Assembly: GCA_963749495.1 (NCBI GenBank)
Contig: CAVVMW010000022.1
Location: 384,001-448,000 of the forward strand
DNA from: an uncultured bacterium
GTDB lineage: Bacteria; Verrucomicrobiota; Verrucomicrobiia; Limisphaerales; UBA8199
DNA length: 64,000 nucleotides
Direction of reading: 5' to 3'
A model generated the notes under the pieces. That model was not told the DNA's origin. It saw nothing but the letters and a program-made list of their open reading frames with translations, and did not search any database. Shown piece after piece: positions 1-8,435 of the stretch (position 1 is the first letter of the stretch; each line of letters begins with the position of its first letter). The position numbers and the translations under genes were made by a program.

Positions 1-636
1 CTCTGCCAATATGGCATGGGCAACGTTTGGGAATGGGGCGCCCAGGCCGGCGGCAACTGCTGGCGCACCACCGGAGACATCGGGGACACCTGGCGCAGCA
101 TGTCCGACATCGGCTTCGGCCAGGCCGGCCACGAAAAGTTCGCCTGCCCGGGCCATTGGAACGACCCGGACATGCTCGTCGTTGGCTACGTCGGCTGGAG
201 CGCCCGGGTGCGCCCCACGCGCCTCACGCCCAACGAGCAGTACACCCACATCAGCCTCTGGTGCCTGCTCTGCTCGCCGCTGCTCATCGGCTGCGACCTG
301 ACCAGGCTTGACGACTTCACCCTTAACCTCCTGACCAACGACGAAGTGCTCGATGTGAACCAGGACCCCCTGGGACGCCAGGCCGCCCGAGTCGCCAGGA
401 GCGGCCAGTTCGAGGTCTGGGCCAAAGACATGGAGGACGGCTCCAAGGCGGTCGGGTTATTCAACCGCGGCGACACCGAGGCCCAGGTGACCGCCCAATG
501 GTCGGACCTGGGCTTGAGCGGCGCTCACAAGGTCCGCGACCTCTGGCGCCAGCAGGACCTCGGCAGTTTTGACGGGAGCTTCCAGGGCAAGGTCCCCCGC
601 CACGGAGTCGTGCTCGTCAAAGTCAGCGGACAATAG
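1..636 (+). CDS. GH27 alpha-galactosidase (melibiase family), 5'-partial
   Basis: Frame is open from base 1 (LCQYGMGNVWEW). Motifs WRTTGDI, GHWNDPDMLVVG, SPLLIGCDL and NQDPLG, plus a C-terminal beta-sandwich (VGLFNR, VRDLWRQQDLG). Confidence 0.9.
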   Translation, partial: LCQYGMGNVWEWGAQAGGNCWRTTGDIGDTWRSMSDIGFGQAGHEKFACPGHWNDPDMLVVGYVGWSARVRPTRLTPNEQYTHISLWCLLCSPLLIGCDLTRLDDFTLNLLTNDEVLDVNQDPLGRQAARVARSGQFEVWAKDMEDGSKAVGLFNRGDTEAQVTAQWSDLGLSGAHKVRDLWRQQDLGSFDGSFQGKVPRHGVVLVKVSGQ

Positions 637-649
637 GCACGTGGTGGCG

Positions 650-799
650 GACCCCTCACCCCGGCCCTCTCCCCTTCCGAAGGGGAGAGGGGGAATTCTC
701 GGCAGCGGCTTGACGAAGCGGGAACGCCTGGAAGTTCCAGGGACTGCCGGCGCTTCTCCCTCTCCCCTTCATAAGGGGAGAGGGCCGGGGTGAGGGGTC
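650..799. repeat. REP-like family A (CCCTCACCCCGGCCCTCTCCC hairpins), inverted pair
   Basis: gacccctcaccccggccctctccccttccgaaggggagaggg at 650-692, with an inverted copy at 758-799. Other copies at 12187 and 13546/13861. Confidence 0.85.
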
Positions 800-926
800 G
801 CGCTGGTGCTGCCTGTCGGCCTTGACTGGCCGCTTACACTGTCCGAGAAATCCTGCTCGACCTGGCGGGGCAGGGGAGCGATACTGGAAAGGTCAATCAT
901 TGATAGGATGTGACCGCACCAGGAAC

Positions 927-1919
927 ATGAAATCGGATGACTTCTTAATCGGCGGCTGTTGCTCCGCAGGGCGCGCCACCACAATGGCAATCCTGGTTGC
1001 GATAGCGGTGGTTGCGGCCCGGACCGGCCGGCTCGTGGCGGGCACGCTGGATGTCCCGAACAATTCTTTCGAATCTCCCGTGGTTCCCCCGGTGTCGCCC
1101 TACGCCGCCCCGGATGTGGATTCTTGGCAGAAATCCGCCCAGCCGGCCTGGTATGATCCGGCCCAGAACTCGGACACCCCCTGGATTGATCTCATGGGCG
1201 AGTTCTACAATGTCCCGTTCCCCGCTCAGTTCATTGACAACTGCGACGGCAACCAGGCCGCTTTCTTGTTTGCCCTGCCTGAGGCCGCGTTGTTCCAGGA
1301 CTACGATACCGTCTCTGGAACGAACACCACTCCCAGTCACGCCTTCAACGCCACGTTCGAGGCCGGCAGCTCCTACGATCTGACCGTGGGGGTGATTGGC
1401 GGCGGCGGCGGCATGCAGCCTGGCGTCACGCTCCAAATTAGCCTCTATTATCGTGATGCCTCGGGCCTTCAGGTGACTGTGGCGTCCACCAGTATTACAA
1501 ACAGCGTCGAGCTTTTCCATACGAACACTCATTTCGTGGACTTTGGAGCGCATTTGCGGACGGTCCAGGAGACTGACCCATGGGCGGGACAGCACATCGG
1601 CATCCAGTTGCTGTCCACTACCGGCTTTGACCTCGCCGGGGGCTACTGGGACCTGGACAACGTGCGCCTGACTGAAACGCCGGCGCCGCTCCTGCGCAGT
1701 CCGTCCGTGCGCAATTCGTCAGCCCCGAGCGGCCAATTCTCCTTCACTGTGCTCAGCCAGCCCGGGCTCGGGTTTGAAGTCCAGGCAACCACAAACCTGG
1801 ACGGAGTCTCCAGCAACTGGATCAGCATCGGGACCTTCACCAACCTCACCGGCGTCATGTCTTTCACCGATACGGCCACCAACTTCAACCAACGCTATTA
1901 CCGCGCGCGCCAGTTGTGA
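927..1919 (+). CDS. Exported protein with beta-sandwich domain and C-terminal Verrucomicrobia-type 'YYR' module
   Basis: AGGAAC-ATG start, hydrophobic N-terminus, VPNNSFESP...DNVRL carbohydrate-binding-like sandwich, C-terminal FEVQATTNL..W..FTD..RYYRARQL. Confidence 0.75.
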   Translation: MKSDDFLIGGCCSAGRATTMAILVAIAVVAARTGRLVAGTLDVPNNSFESPVVPPVSPYAAPDVDSWQKSAQPAWYDPAQNSDTPWIDLMGEFYNVPFPAQFIDNCDGNQAAFLFALPEAALFQDYDTVSGTNTTPSHAFNATFEAGSSYDLTVGVIGGGGGMQPGVTLQISLYYRDASGLQVTVASTSITNSVELFHTNTHFVDFGAHLRTVQETDPWAGQHIGIQLLSTTGFDLAGGYWDLDNVRLTETPAPLLRSPSVRNSSAPSGQFSFTVLSQPGLGFEVQATTNLDGVSSNWISIGTFTNLTGVMSFTDTATNFNQRYYRARQL

Positions 1920-1937
1920 TGCGCTTTTCGCCGGTGG

Positions 1938-2729
1938 ATGCAAATAACCCGCTTGAAGACACGCCGCCGGGCTTTCACGCTGCTTGAATTGCTGGCCGTG
2001 ATCGCGATCACGGCATCGCTTGCCGCGATGCTGTTGCCGGCCCTTGCCTCGGCTCGGCTAAGGCCCGGAGAGCGGCCTGCCTGTCGAACCTGCGGCAGGT
2101 CGGCGTCGCGATCGCGCTCTACCTCGAGCGATAACAACGGGAACATCCCCTTCGGCCCCAAAGCCGGGGCTTTCACCACTCCGATGGATCTCTATCCTTC
2201 GACCGGCGCGCCGACGAGCCTGATCTCCCGTGGCAACGGCGCTCCGGTCGGGCTGGGACTCCTGTTGAACCAGCAACTGAGCGGCCAGTCCCAAGTGCTC
2301 TTCTGCCCGGGAAGCGATCAGCCGGCCGACGACGCCGCCCAACTCGCCAACGTGGGCGTCCGGCAGGCGCAATCCAGCTATTACTACCGCCACGCAGGAA
2401 ACACCCGGATATTCGATCTCCCCGGCCAGGATTTCCCTCCAGGCCCGATCAAACTCGATGCCCTGGGCAACAACCGCAACGGTTTGCCCATTCGCGCGCT
2501 GGCCCTCGATACACAGTTCCTTTGCCCAGCCGCCATGGCGACCTTCGGCATCCTGCCCAGCACGCACCACCTGCAAAGGTCCGCCAACATCCTCTTCGCC
2601 GACGGCCACTCGCTCTCACGACCCAATGCCGAGGCACGATTCACGGTCGACCTCTCCGGCAGCGCCAATCTCTACAATTCATTCGACATGATTCTCAAGG
2701 TTCTGGAAGCGGCCAATATCGCGCAATGA
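1938..2729 (+). CDS. Prepilin-type N-terminal cleavage/methylation protein with H-X9-DG motif
   Basis: RRAFTLLELLAVIAI, FCPG and HHLQRSANILFADGH. The conserved KARRAACLSNLRQVG segment lies in another frame between about 2060 and 2127 (two compensating indels). Confidence 0.85.
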   Translation: MQITRLKTRRRAFTLLELLAVIAITASLAAMLLPALASARLRPGERPACRTCGRSASRSRSTSSDNNGNIPFGPKAGAFTTPMDLYPSTGAPTSLISRGNGAPVGLGLLLNQQLSGQSQVLFCPGSDQPADDAAQLANVGVRQAQSSYYYRHAGNTRIFDLPGQDFPPGPIKLDALGNNRNGLPIRALALDTQFLCPAAMATFGILPSTHHLQRSANILFADGHSLSRPNAEARFTVDLSGSANLYNSFDMILKVLEAANIAQ

Positions 2730-2731
2730 TG

Positions 2732-2766
2732 AGTCCACAGTCCACAGTCCACAGTCCACAGTCCAC
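2732..2766. repeat. Heptamer tandem array (AGTCCAC)x5
   Basis: Read directly. It sits between the stop codon and a REPIN. Confidence 0.9.
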
Positions 2767-2771
2767 CAGTT

Positions 2772-3060
2772 TCATCCCGGAGGGATGGAAGATGGTAGCC
2801 GGGGGTCGAAGCGTAGCGAGACCCCAGGTTCGGCGCAGGGGTGCTCCTGCATCCCGGAGGGATGCCAGAAACGGGCGCACCGTGCGCCGCGCGGTCTTCT
2901 GGCACCCCGTTCCGGGGTGCAGGAGCCTTCAGACCGTCAACCGGGGGTCGCGACAGCGTCGCGACCCCCGGCTACCCTCTAGCAACCCTCCGGGTTGCAG
3001 CACATGCGCGCAGCCTTGGGTTGCGCCTCCAACGCCTGTGCCTGTGGTGGTGCAGGCCAG
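2772..3060. repeat. REPIN-like composite palindromic element, family B
   Basis: catcccggagggatg, gtagccgggggtcg..gacccc, gcaccccgttccggggtgc, gggggtcgcgac..gtcgcgaccccc and caaccctccgggttg. Second copy at 39331-39611. Confidence 0.85.
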
Positions 3061-3097
3061 ATGTGCCCTGCACCCCCCCCGGGCTCCACGGCGTGTC

Positions 3098-3126
3098 TTG
3101 ACCCCCGCAGGCTTTGCGCCTAGAAG
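3098..3126 (+). promoter_or_regulatory. Candidate sigma70 promoter of the ABC operon
   Basis: TTGACC-N17-TAGAAG directly upstream of the AAGGA RBS and ATG 3136. Confidence 0.3.
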
Positions 3127-3135
3127 AAGGACGGC

Positions 3136-4110
3136 ATGCGAATCTTGTTCACTGCGGCCGCACTTGTCCTCTCGTTGGAGGCCTCCTGGGCTCAATTCAA
3201 AGTCGCCTTGCTGCTGGATAGAGGGGGCAAGGATGACAAGTCGTTCAACACCTCCGCTTACGAGGGCGCCACACGCGCCCGGGACAAGCTGGGCATTGTT
3301 CTCAAATACGTCGAGGCGCCCGACAACAATGCCTATGAATCGCTGCTGCGCGGTTTCGGGCAGCGCGGCTATGATCTCATCATCTGCATCGGCTTCGCCC
3401 AGAAGGAGGCCCTGGCTAAAGCAGCCCCCGGGTTTCCCCGCACACGCTTTGCCATTGTGGACGCCCAGGTGGATGCGCCAAACGTTCGCTCCCTGCTTCT
3501 TCGAGGAGCACGAAGGCGCTTACCTGGTCGGCGCTATCGCCGCGATGACGAGCAAGACGGGCAAGATCGGATTTATCGGCGGCCTGGATATCCCGCTGAT
3601 CCGGCGATTCGAGCTGGGTACGAGGCCGGCGCCAAGAGCGTCAACCCACGGGTAACGGTCCTGGCCAACTATGTGGGCATGACCGGCGCGGCCTGGAACA
3701 ACCCGCCCAAGGGCAAGGAACTGGCGGTGTCGCAATACGATGCCGGCGCCGATGTGATCTTTGCCGCCGCCGGGGCCTCCGGCCTGGGCGTATTCGATGC
3801 CGCCGAGGACAAACGCAAGTTCGTCATTGGTGTCGACGCCAACCAGGACGGGGTCAAACCGGGCCTGGTCCTCACGAGCATGCTCAAGCGCATCGATGAG
3901 GCGGTCTATGTTACGATTGCCGAGGCCAAGGCCGGCACGTTCACGGGCGGCGTCAAACGCTTCGGCCTGGCCAACAAAGGCATCGATTACTCCCGCGACC
4001 GATACAATGCCGATATTCTGACCGAGCCCGTGCGCAAACGGGCCGATCAGATCAAAGCCGGCATCATCGCCGGGAAGATCGTCGTGCCGGATTACTACAC
4101 GAAGAAATGA
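3136..4110 (+). CDS. BMP-family (PnrA/nucleoside) ABC transporter substrate-binding protein
   Basis: DKSFN, ADVIFAAAGASGLGVF, VIGVDANQ and LTSMLKRID. The conserved FEEHEGAYLVG..IPLIRRF segment is in another frame between about 3498 and 3618 (compensating indels). Confidence 0.9.
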   Translation: MRILFTAAALVLSLEASWAQFKVALLLDRGGKDDKSFNTSAYEGATRARDKLGIVLKYVEAPDNNAYESLLRGFGQRGYDLIICIGFAQKEALAKAAPGFPRTRFAIVDAQVDAPNVRSLLLRGARRRLPGRRYRRDDEQDGQDRIYRRPGYPADPAIRAGYEAGAKSVNPRVTVLANYVGMTGAAWNNPPKGKELAVSQYDAGADVIFAAAGASGLGVFDAAEDKRKFVIGVDANQDGVKPGLVLTSMLKRIDEAVYVTIAEAKAGTFTGGVKRFGLANKGIDYSRDRYNADILTEPVRKRADQIKAGIIAGKIVVPDYYTKK

Positions 4111-4166
4111 AGCTTGGCCCGCAACTGGTGGCGGCCCTTTGGCATGAGCCGTGCCCAAGTCCGAAG

Positions 4167-4254
4167 GTTTTGGACTGCGCCAGTCCTCTGGCGCTTTCCT
4201 GTCCCCTGGGTCCAAAAAGCGGCAGAGGGCTGCCGCAGTCCAAAACGCTTCGCG
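4167..4254. repeat. REP family C (TTTTGGACTGCG..CGCAGTCCAAAA) doublet
   Basis: Inverted arms with internal hairpins. Copies at 28548-28635 and 33309-33397. Confidence 0.85.
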
Positions 4255-4273
4255 GCCTCGTCCGAGCGTCTCT

Positions 4274-5814
4274 ATGAATTGTGCCCGGGACAGGTCTGAC
4301 CTTCCGGCGATCGAGTTGCGCGCCGTGAGCAAACGGTTTGGCGCTGTGCTCGCCAATGACGGGGTAAACCTCCGCGTCCGGGCCGGCGAGATTCACGGCA
4401 TTATTGGCGAAAATGGCGCCGGCAAGTCCACCGCCATGAACGTCCTCTACGGCCTCTGCCGGCCGGACGCGGGCGAGATTTGGGTCGAGGGGCGGCGTTG
4501 TGCCTGGGCCTCGCCTTCCGATGCCATGGCCCGAGGGATCGGGATGGTCCACCAGCACTTCATGCTGGCCGGTCCCTGCTCCGCTCTGGACAACATCCTG
4601 CTGGGCGCCGAGCCTGGCGGTAGCGCGTGGCTCGACCGCCGCGGCGCCCGCGCCCGCCTCGACACACTCGCCCGCCAATACGGCCTGCCCGTGCCCTGGG
4701 ATTGCCCCGTCGAAGACCTGCCCGTCGGCGTCCAGCAACGCGTCGAGATCCTCAAGCTGCTCTTTGGCTCGGCGCGCATCCTCATCCTGGACGAACCGAC
4801 CGCCGTGTTGACACCGCAGGAAACCCAGGCCCTGTTCTCCAACCTCCGCAGATTCCGCCAGGAGGGAAAGACCATCCTGCTGGTGACCCACAAGCTCCAG
4901 GATGTGATGTCGCTCACTGACCGGGTCACGGTCTTTCGCGCCGGCAAGACCGTCGCCGAACTGCCGACTGCGCAGACCAACCCGCAGGCCCTGGCTGACC
5001 TGATGGTCGGGCGCAAGGTCGTGCTCGGGCTGGAAGCCCCGCCCGCGCAGCCGCGCCCGGAGGCCGCCCTCGAGGCGGCCGGCCTTGCCCTGGCCGGCCC
5101 GGGTCAAGCCGCCCGAGGCTTGCTGGCATCAATCTCACCGTCCGCCGTGGCGAGATTGTGGGCATCGCCGGTGTGGATGGCAACGGGCAAGCCGAACTGG
5201 TGCAGGCGCTGCTGCACCCGCGCGACCCCCATTGCCGGACCGCCGGCACCGTCAAGGTCCTGGGGACCGACGCGACCCATTTCGAAGCCCGGCGCATCCG
5301 GGACCTTGGCGTGGCGGTCATCCCCGCCGACCGCCAGCGGGAGGGCCTGCTGCTGCAACGGCCCGTGCGTGAGAACTTCCTTTTGGGGCTGCACCGCCAG
5401 CGCCCTTTCAACCGCGGCGGGCTCCTCTTTCCCAAGGCCATCGAGGCTGCCGCCCGCCGCGCGATGGCCGATTACGATGTCCGGCCAAACGACTTGGCAT
5501 TGCCCGCCGGACAACTCTCCGGCGGCAACCAACAGAAGCTGGTCATCGCCCGTGAGTTCGAGCGCGCTCCCCGCCTGCTCATCGCCGCCCAGCCCAGCCG
5601 GGGCGTGGACGTCGTCGCCGTCCAGTTCATCCACCAACGTCTGGTCCGCGCCAGGGACGAGGGCGCCGGCGTCCTGCTCATCTCCTCCGAACTCGACGAG
5701 ATTATGGCTCTCTCGGATAGCATTCTGGTGATGTTCGAGGGCCGGATTGTGGCGCAGTTCCAGCGCGGCAGGGCATCGGAGCAGGAGTTGGGATTAAAGA
5801 TGGGAGGAGCCTGA
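4274..5814 (+). CDS. Nucleoside/sugar ABC transporter ATP-binding protein (two ABC domains), frameshifted near 5110
   Basis: GENGAGKST, GMVHQHFML and ILILDEPTAVLTPQE. The second half (GIAGVDGNGQ, LSGGNQQK, LLISSELDE) is in the 5158-5814 frame. Confidence 0.9.
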
Positions 5815-5816
5815 AA

Positions 5817-6869
5817 GTGAAATCAATGATTCGCCTGCTGCATCCGGTGCTCTCGTTGATTCTGGGTCTCGTCCTGGGCCTGTCGGTCACCTGGTTTGCC
5901 GGGGAGAATCCGTGGCACGTCCTGTGTCTGCTGGCCAAAGGCGCCTTCGGCTCGGGCTACGACCTGGGCTTGACGCTGTTCTACACCACGCCTCTGATCT
6001 TTACCGGCCTGTCGGTGGCGGTGGCCTTTCAAGCCGGCCTGTTCAACGTCGGCGCCGAGGGCCAGCTTGTCGTGGGCGCGCTCGGGGCTGCGGTGGTCGG
6101 CGGGCTTTGGCCGGGGGTGCCTGCGCCGGCGGCGCCGCTGCTGGCCGGGTTGGCCGCCCTGCTGGGCGGGAGCTTTTGGGGCGCGATTGCCGGCTGGCTC
6201 CGCGCCCGGCGCGGCAGCCACGAGGTCATCACCACCATCATGCTCAACTTCGTCGCCGCTGGCCTCACCAGCTATGTCGCCCTCTATCCCTTGAGAAACC
6301 CGGACTCGCAGAACCCCGAGACCCGGCCGGTTGGCCCGGGCTATCTCATCTCTCAGTTCGGCATTTTCTCCGGCGCGCCCGTGAGCCTGGCCCTGCCGCT
6401 GGCCGTCGTGGCGGCGGGGTTGGTCTGGGTCTTGGTGTGGCGGACCGGGCTGGGCTTCGAGCTTCGCGCCGTGGGCCAGGGTGAAGCCGCCGCGCGCGCC
6501 GCCGGAATTGATGCGGGCCGAATCCGAATCATCGCCATGGCCCTGGCCGGGGGTCTGGCCGGGTTGGTCGGTGTCGGCGAAGTCCTGGGCAACGCGGGCA
6601 AATTCAGGGTTGATTTCTCTCCTGAATACGGATTCATCGGCATCGCCGTCGCGCTGCTGGGCCGCAACCACCCGGCGGGCGTGCTGGCGGCGGCATTGGT
6701 CTTGGGCGCCTTGCACAAAGGCGCCGCCTCGCTCGACCTGGAAACCGAACACATCACCCGCGAAGTCTCGCTCCTGCTCCAGGCCCTTATCCTTCTCTGC
6801 GTCTCGGCAGAAGGGCTTTGGACGTGGAAGGGGAGGGGAAGGAAAGGGAGAGTTGCCGACGTATGTTAA
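5817..6869 (+). CDS. Nucleoside ABC transporter permease 1
   Basis: GLFNVGAEGQ, EVITTIMLNF, GFIGIAVALLGRNHP; many TM helices. Confidence 0.9.
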   Translation: MKSMIRLLHPVLSLILGLVLGLSVTWFAGENPWHVLCLLAKGAFGSGYDLGLTLFYTTPLIFTGLSVAVAFQAGLFNVGAEGQLVVGALGAAVVGGLWPGVPAPAAPLLAGLAALLGGSFWGAIAGWLRARRGSHEVITTIMLNFVAAGLTSYVALYPLRNPDSQNPETRPVGPGYLISQFGIFSGAPVSLALPLAVVAAGLVWVLVWRTGLGFELRAVGQGEAAARAAGIDAGRIRIIAMALAGGLAGLVGVGEVLGNAGKFRVDFSPEYGFIGIAVALLGRNHPAGVLAAALVLGALHKGAASLDLETEHITREVSLLLQALILLCVSAEGLWTWKGRGRKGRVADVC

Positions 6870-6904
6870 ATTTCCTCGGAAACGAAACCGATGCCCCTGA
6901 GTGT

Positions 6905-7090
6905 TGTCCCGGAGGGACACCTGAGAATAGCCCAACGTTTCAACGTTGGGATCCCGGTGAAGATGAGCCGAGTCCCGAAGGGACGGCTGAAACCACCGGG
7001 CCTTTCAGCCGTCCCGTCGGGACTCGGACTCCCGGGGCCTTCAACCCAACGTTGAAACGTTGGGCTATTGTCGAATGTCCCTTCGGGACA
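6905..7090. repeat. REPIN-like element, family D
   Basis: tgtcccggagggaca..aatagcccaacgtttcaacgttggg..gagtcccgaagggacggctgaa, mirrored by ttcagccgtcccgtcgggactc..cccaacgttgaaacgttgggctatt..tgtcccttcgggaca. Confidence 0.85.
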
Positions 7091-7174
7091 GGGCTGGCGC
7101 CGAGGGCACATGCCCGTTGTGCCTCTCGCGTTTCCGGGCAAACTTAACATTCTCGAACCATTGACTGCCAACCC

Positions 7175-8047
7175 ATGTTCCCCCAACTCCTCGCCTCGAC
7201 ATTCAGGGTTTCCACGCCCCTGGTCTTCGCCGCCCTGGGCGGTGTGTTCAGTGAGCGGTCCGGTGTCATTGCCATCGGCCTGGAGGGCATGATGCTGGTG
7301 GGGGCCTTTGGCGCCGCAGTGGGGACTTATGTGACGCATTCTCCGTGGCTGGGGCTGGTTTGCGGGGCGGGCGCCGGGCTGGCGCTGGCGGGCATTTATG
7401 CCCTCTTTGTCATTGGCCTGCGCGCCAACCAGATCGTGGCGGGCATGGCGATCAACATGCTGGCGCTGGGCCTGACACCGTTTCTGTGCAAATTGCTCTA
7501 CGACGTGACCGGCCAGACTCCGGCCATTCCCGCCGCCCAGCGGTTCCAGTCCGCCCCGCTTTGGGTGGCGTGGTTCCTCGTGGGCTTGGGTTGGCTGGGC
7601 CTCAAATACACGCGCGCGGGCCTTTGGCTGACCTTCGCGGGCGAACATCCGGAGGCCCTGGACGCCGCGGGCGTCCGCGTCAACCGCGTCCGCTGGCTTG
7701 CCGTATTGTCGAGCGGCGCCCTGGCGGGCATGGGCGGCGCCTCGCTCTCGGTGTGCCTCTCCTCCGCCTTCGCCCGCAACATGACCGCCGGCCGCGGTTT
7801 CATGGCCCTGGCCGCGCTCATCTTTGGCAAATGGCGGCCCCTGCCTGCCGCCTTGGCCTGCCTGCTGTTCGGCTTTGCCGACGCCCTCCAGATACGCCTG
7901 CAAGGCGCCTCCCTTTGGGGCGGCAAACCCATCCCGGTCCAGTTCATCCAAATCCTGCCTTATGTAGTGACCCTTCTCGTCCTGGCAGGCTGGGTCGGCC
8001 GCGCCCGCGCCCCCAAAGCTCTGGGCACGCCGTTCCAAAGGAGTTGA
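7175..8047 (+). CDS. Nucleoside ABC transporter permease 2
   Basis: SERSGVIAIGLEGMML, GEHPEALDAAGV, MTAGRGFMALAALIFGKW, ILPYVVTL, APKALGTPF. Confidence 0.92.
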   Translation: MFPQLLASTFRVSTPLVFAALGGVFSERSGVIAIGLEGMMLVGAFGAAVGTYVTHSPWLGLVCGAGAGLALAGIYALFVIGLRANQIVAGMAINMLALGLTPFLCKLLYDVTGQTPAIPAAQRFQSAPLWVAWFLVGLGWLGLKYTRAGLWLTFAGEHPEALDAAGVRVNRVRWLAVLSSGALAGMGGASLSVCLSSAFARNMTAGRGFMALAALIFGKWRPLPAALACLLFGFADALQIRLQGASLWGGKPIPVQFIQILPYVVTLLVLAGWVGRARAPKALGTPFQRS

Positions 8048-8053
8048 TAGGCA

Positions 8054-8360
8054 GTGAAGCGTGAAGCGTGAAGCGTGAAACGTGAAACGTGAAACGTGAG
8101 TTGGAGGCAGCGCCGGCGTCGCGTAGCGACGCAGTGAAGGTAGCCGTGGACCTCGGTCCACGGTTCAGGGCGTGGGAATGGTCAAGCGTCGCGTAGCGAC
8201 GCCTGACAGCGTCGCGGTTTTCAGGCGTCGCTACGCAACGCAGTCGATCTCGGCCCATGGGTCCGTGGACTGAAGTCCACGGCTACCATCGGGCACCGCT
8301 ACGCGGTGAGCCGGGTTCACCTTTCGCGTTTCACGTTTCACCTTTCGCGTTTCACGTTTC
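8054..8360. repeat. REPIN family E (8116-8315) bracketed by inverted heptamer arrays
   Basis: (GTGAAGC)3(GTGAAAC)3 at 8054-8099; GCGTCGCGTAGCGACGC and CCGTGGAC..GTCCACGG hairpins; (TTCACCT TTCGCGT TTCACGT)x2 at 8316-8357. Confidence 0.88.
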
Positions 8361-8435
8361 CCCTTCCGTTTTTGCTTGAAAACCGTCACCTCTGCACGAA
8401 TCCTCCTGGCGGCGACCCGAACCGAAAGGTGACTC

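Noticed and set aside
2522..3135. ORFs spanning REPINs and heptamer arrays (for example 2522-3655 N-terminus, 8231-8449, 22164-22430)
   Set aside because: Translations such as HSSFVIR and SRFTFHV are read-throughs of non-coding repeats.
5100..5125. Programmed ribosomal frameshifting in the ABC ATPase and other split genes
   Set aside because: No slippery heptamer, and similar single indels are scattered through unrelated genes. Sequencing error is simpler.
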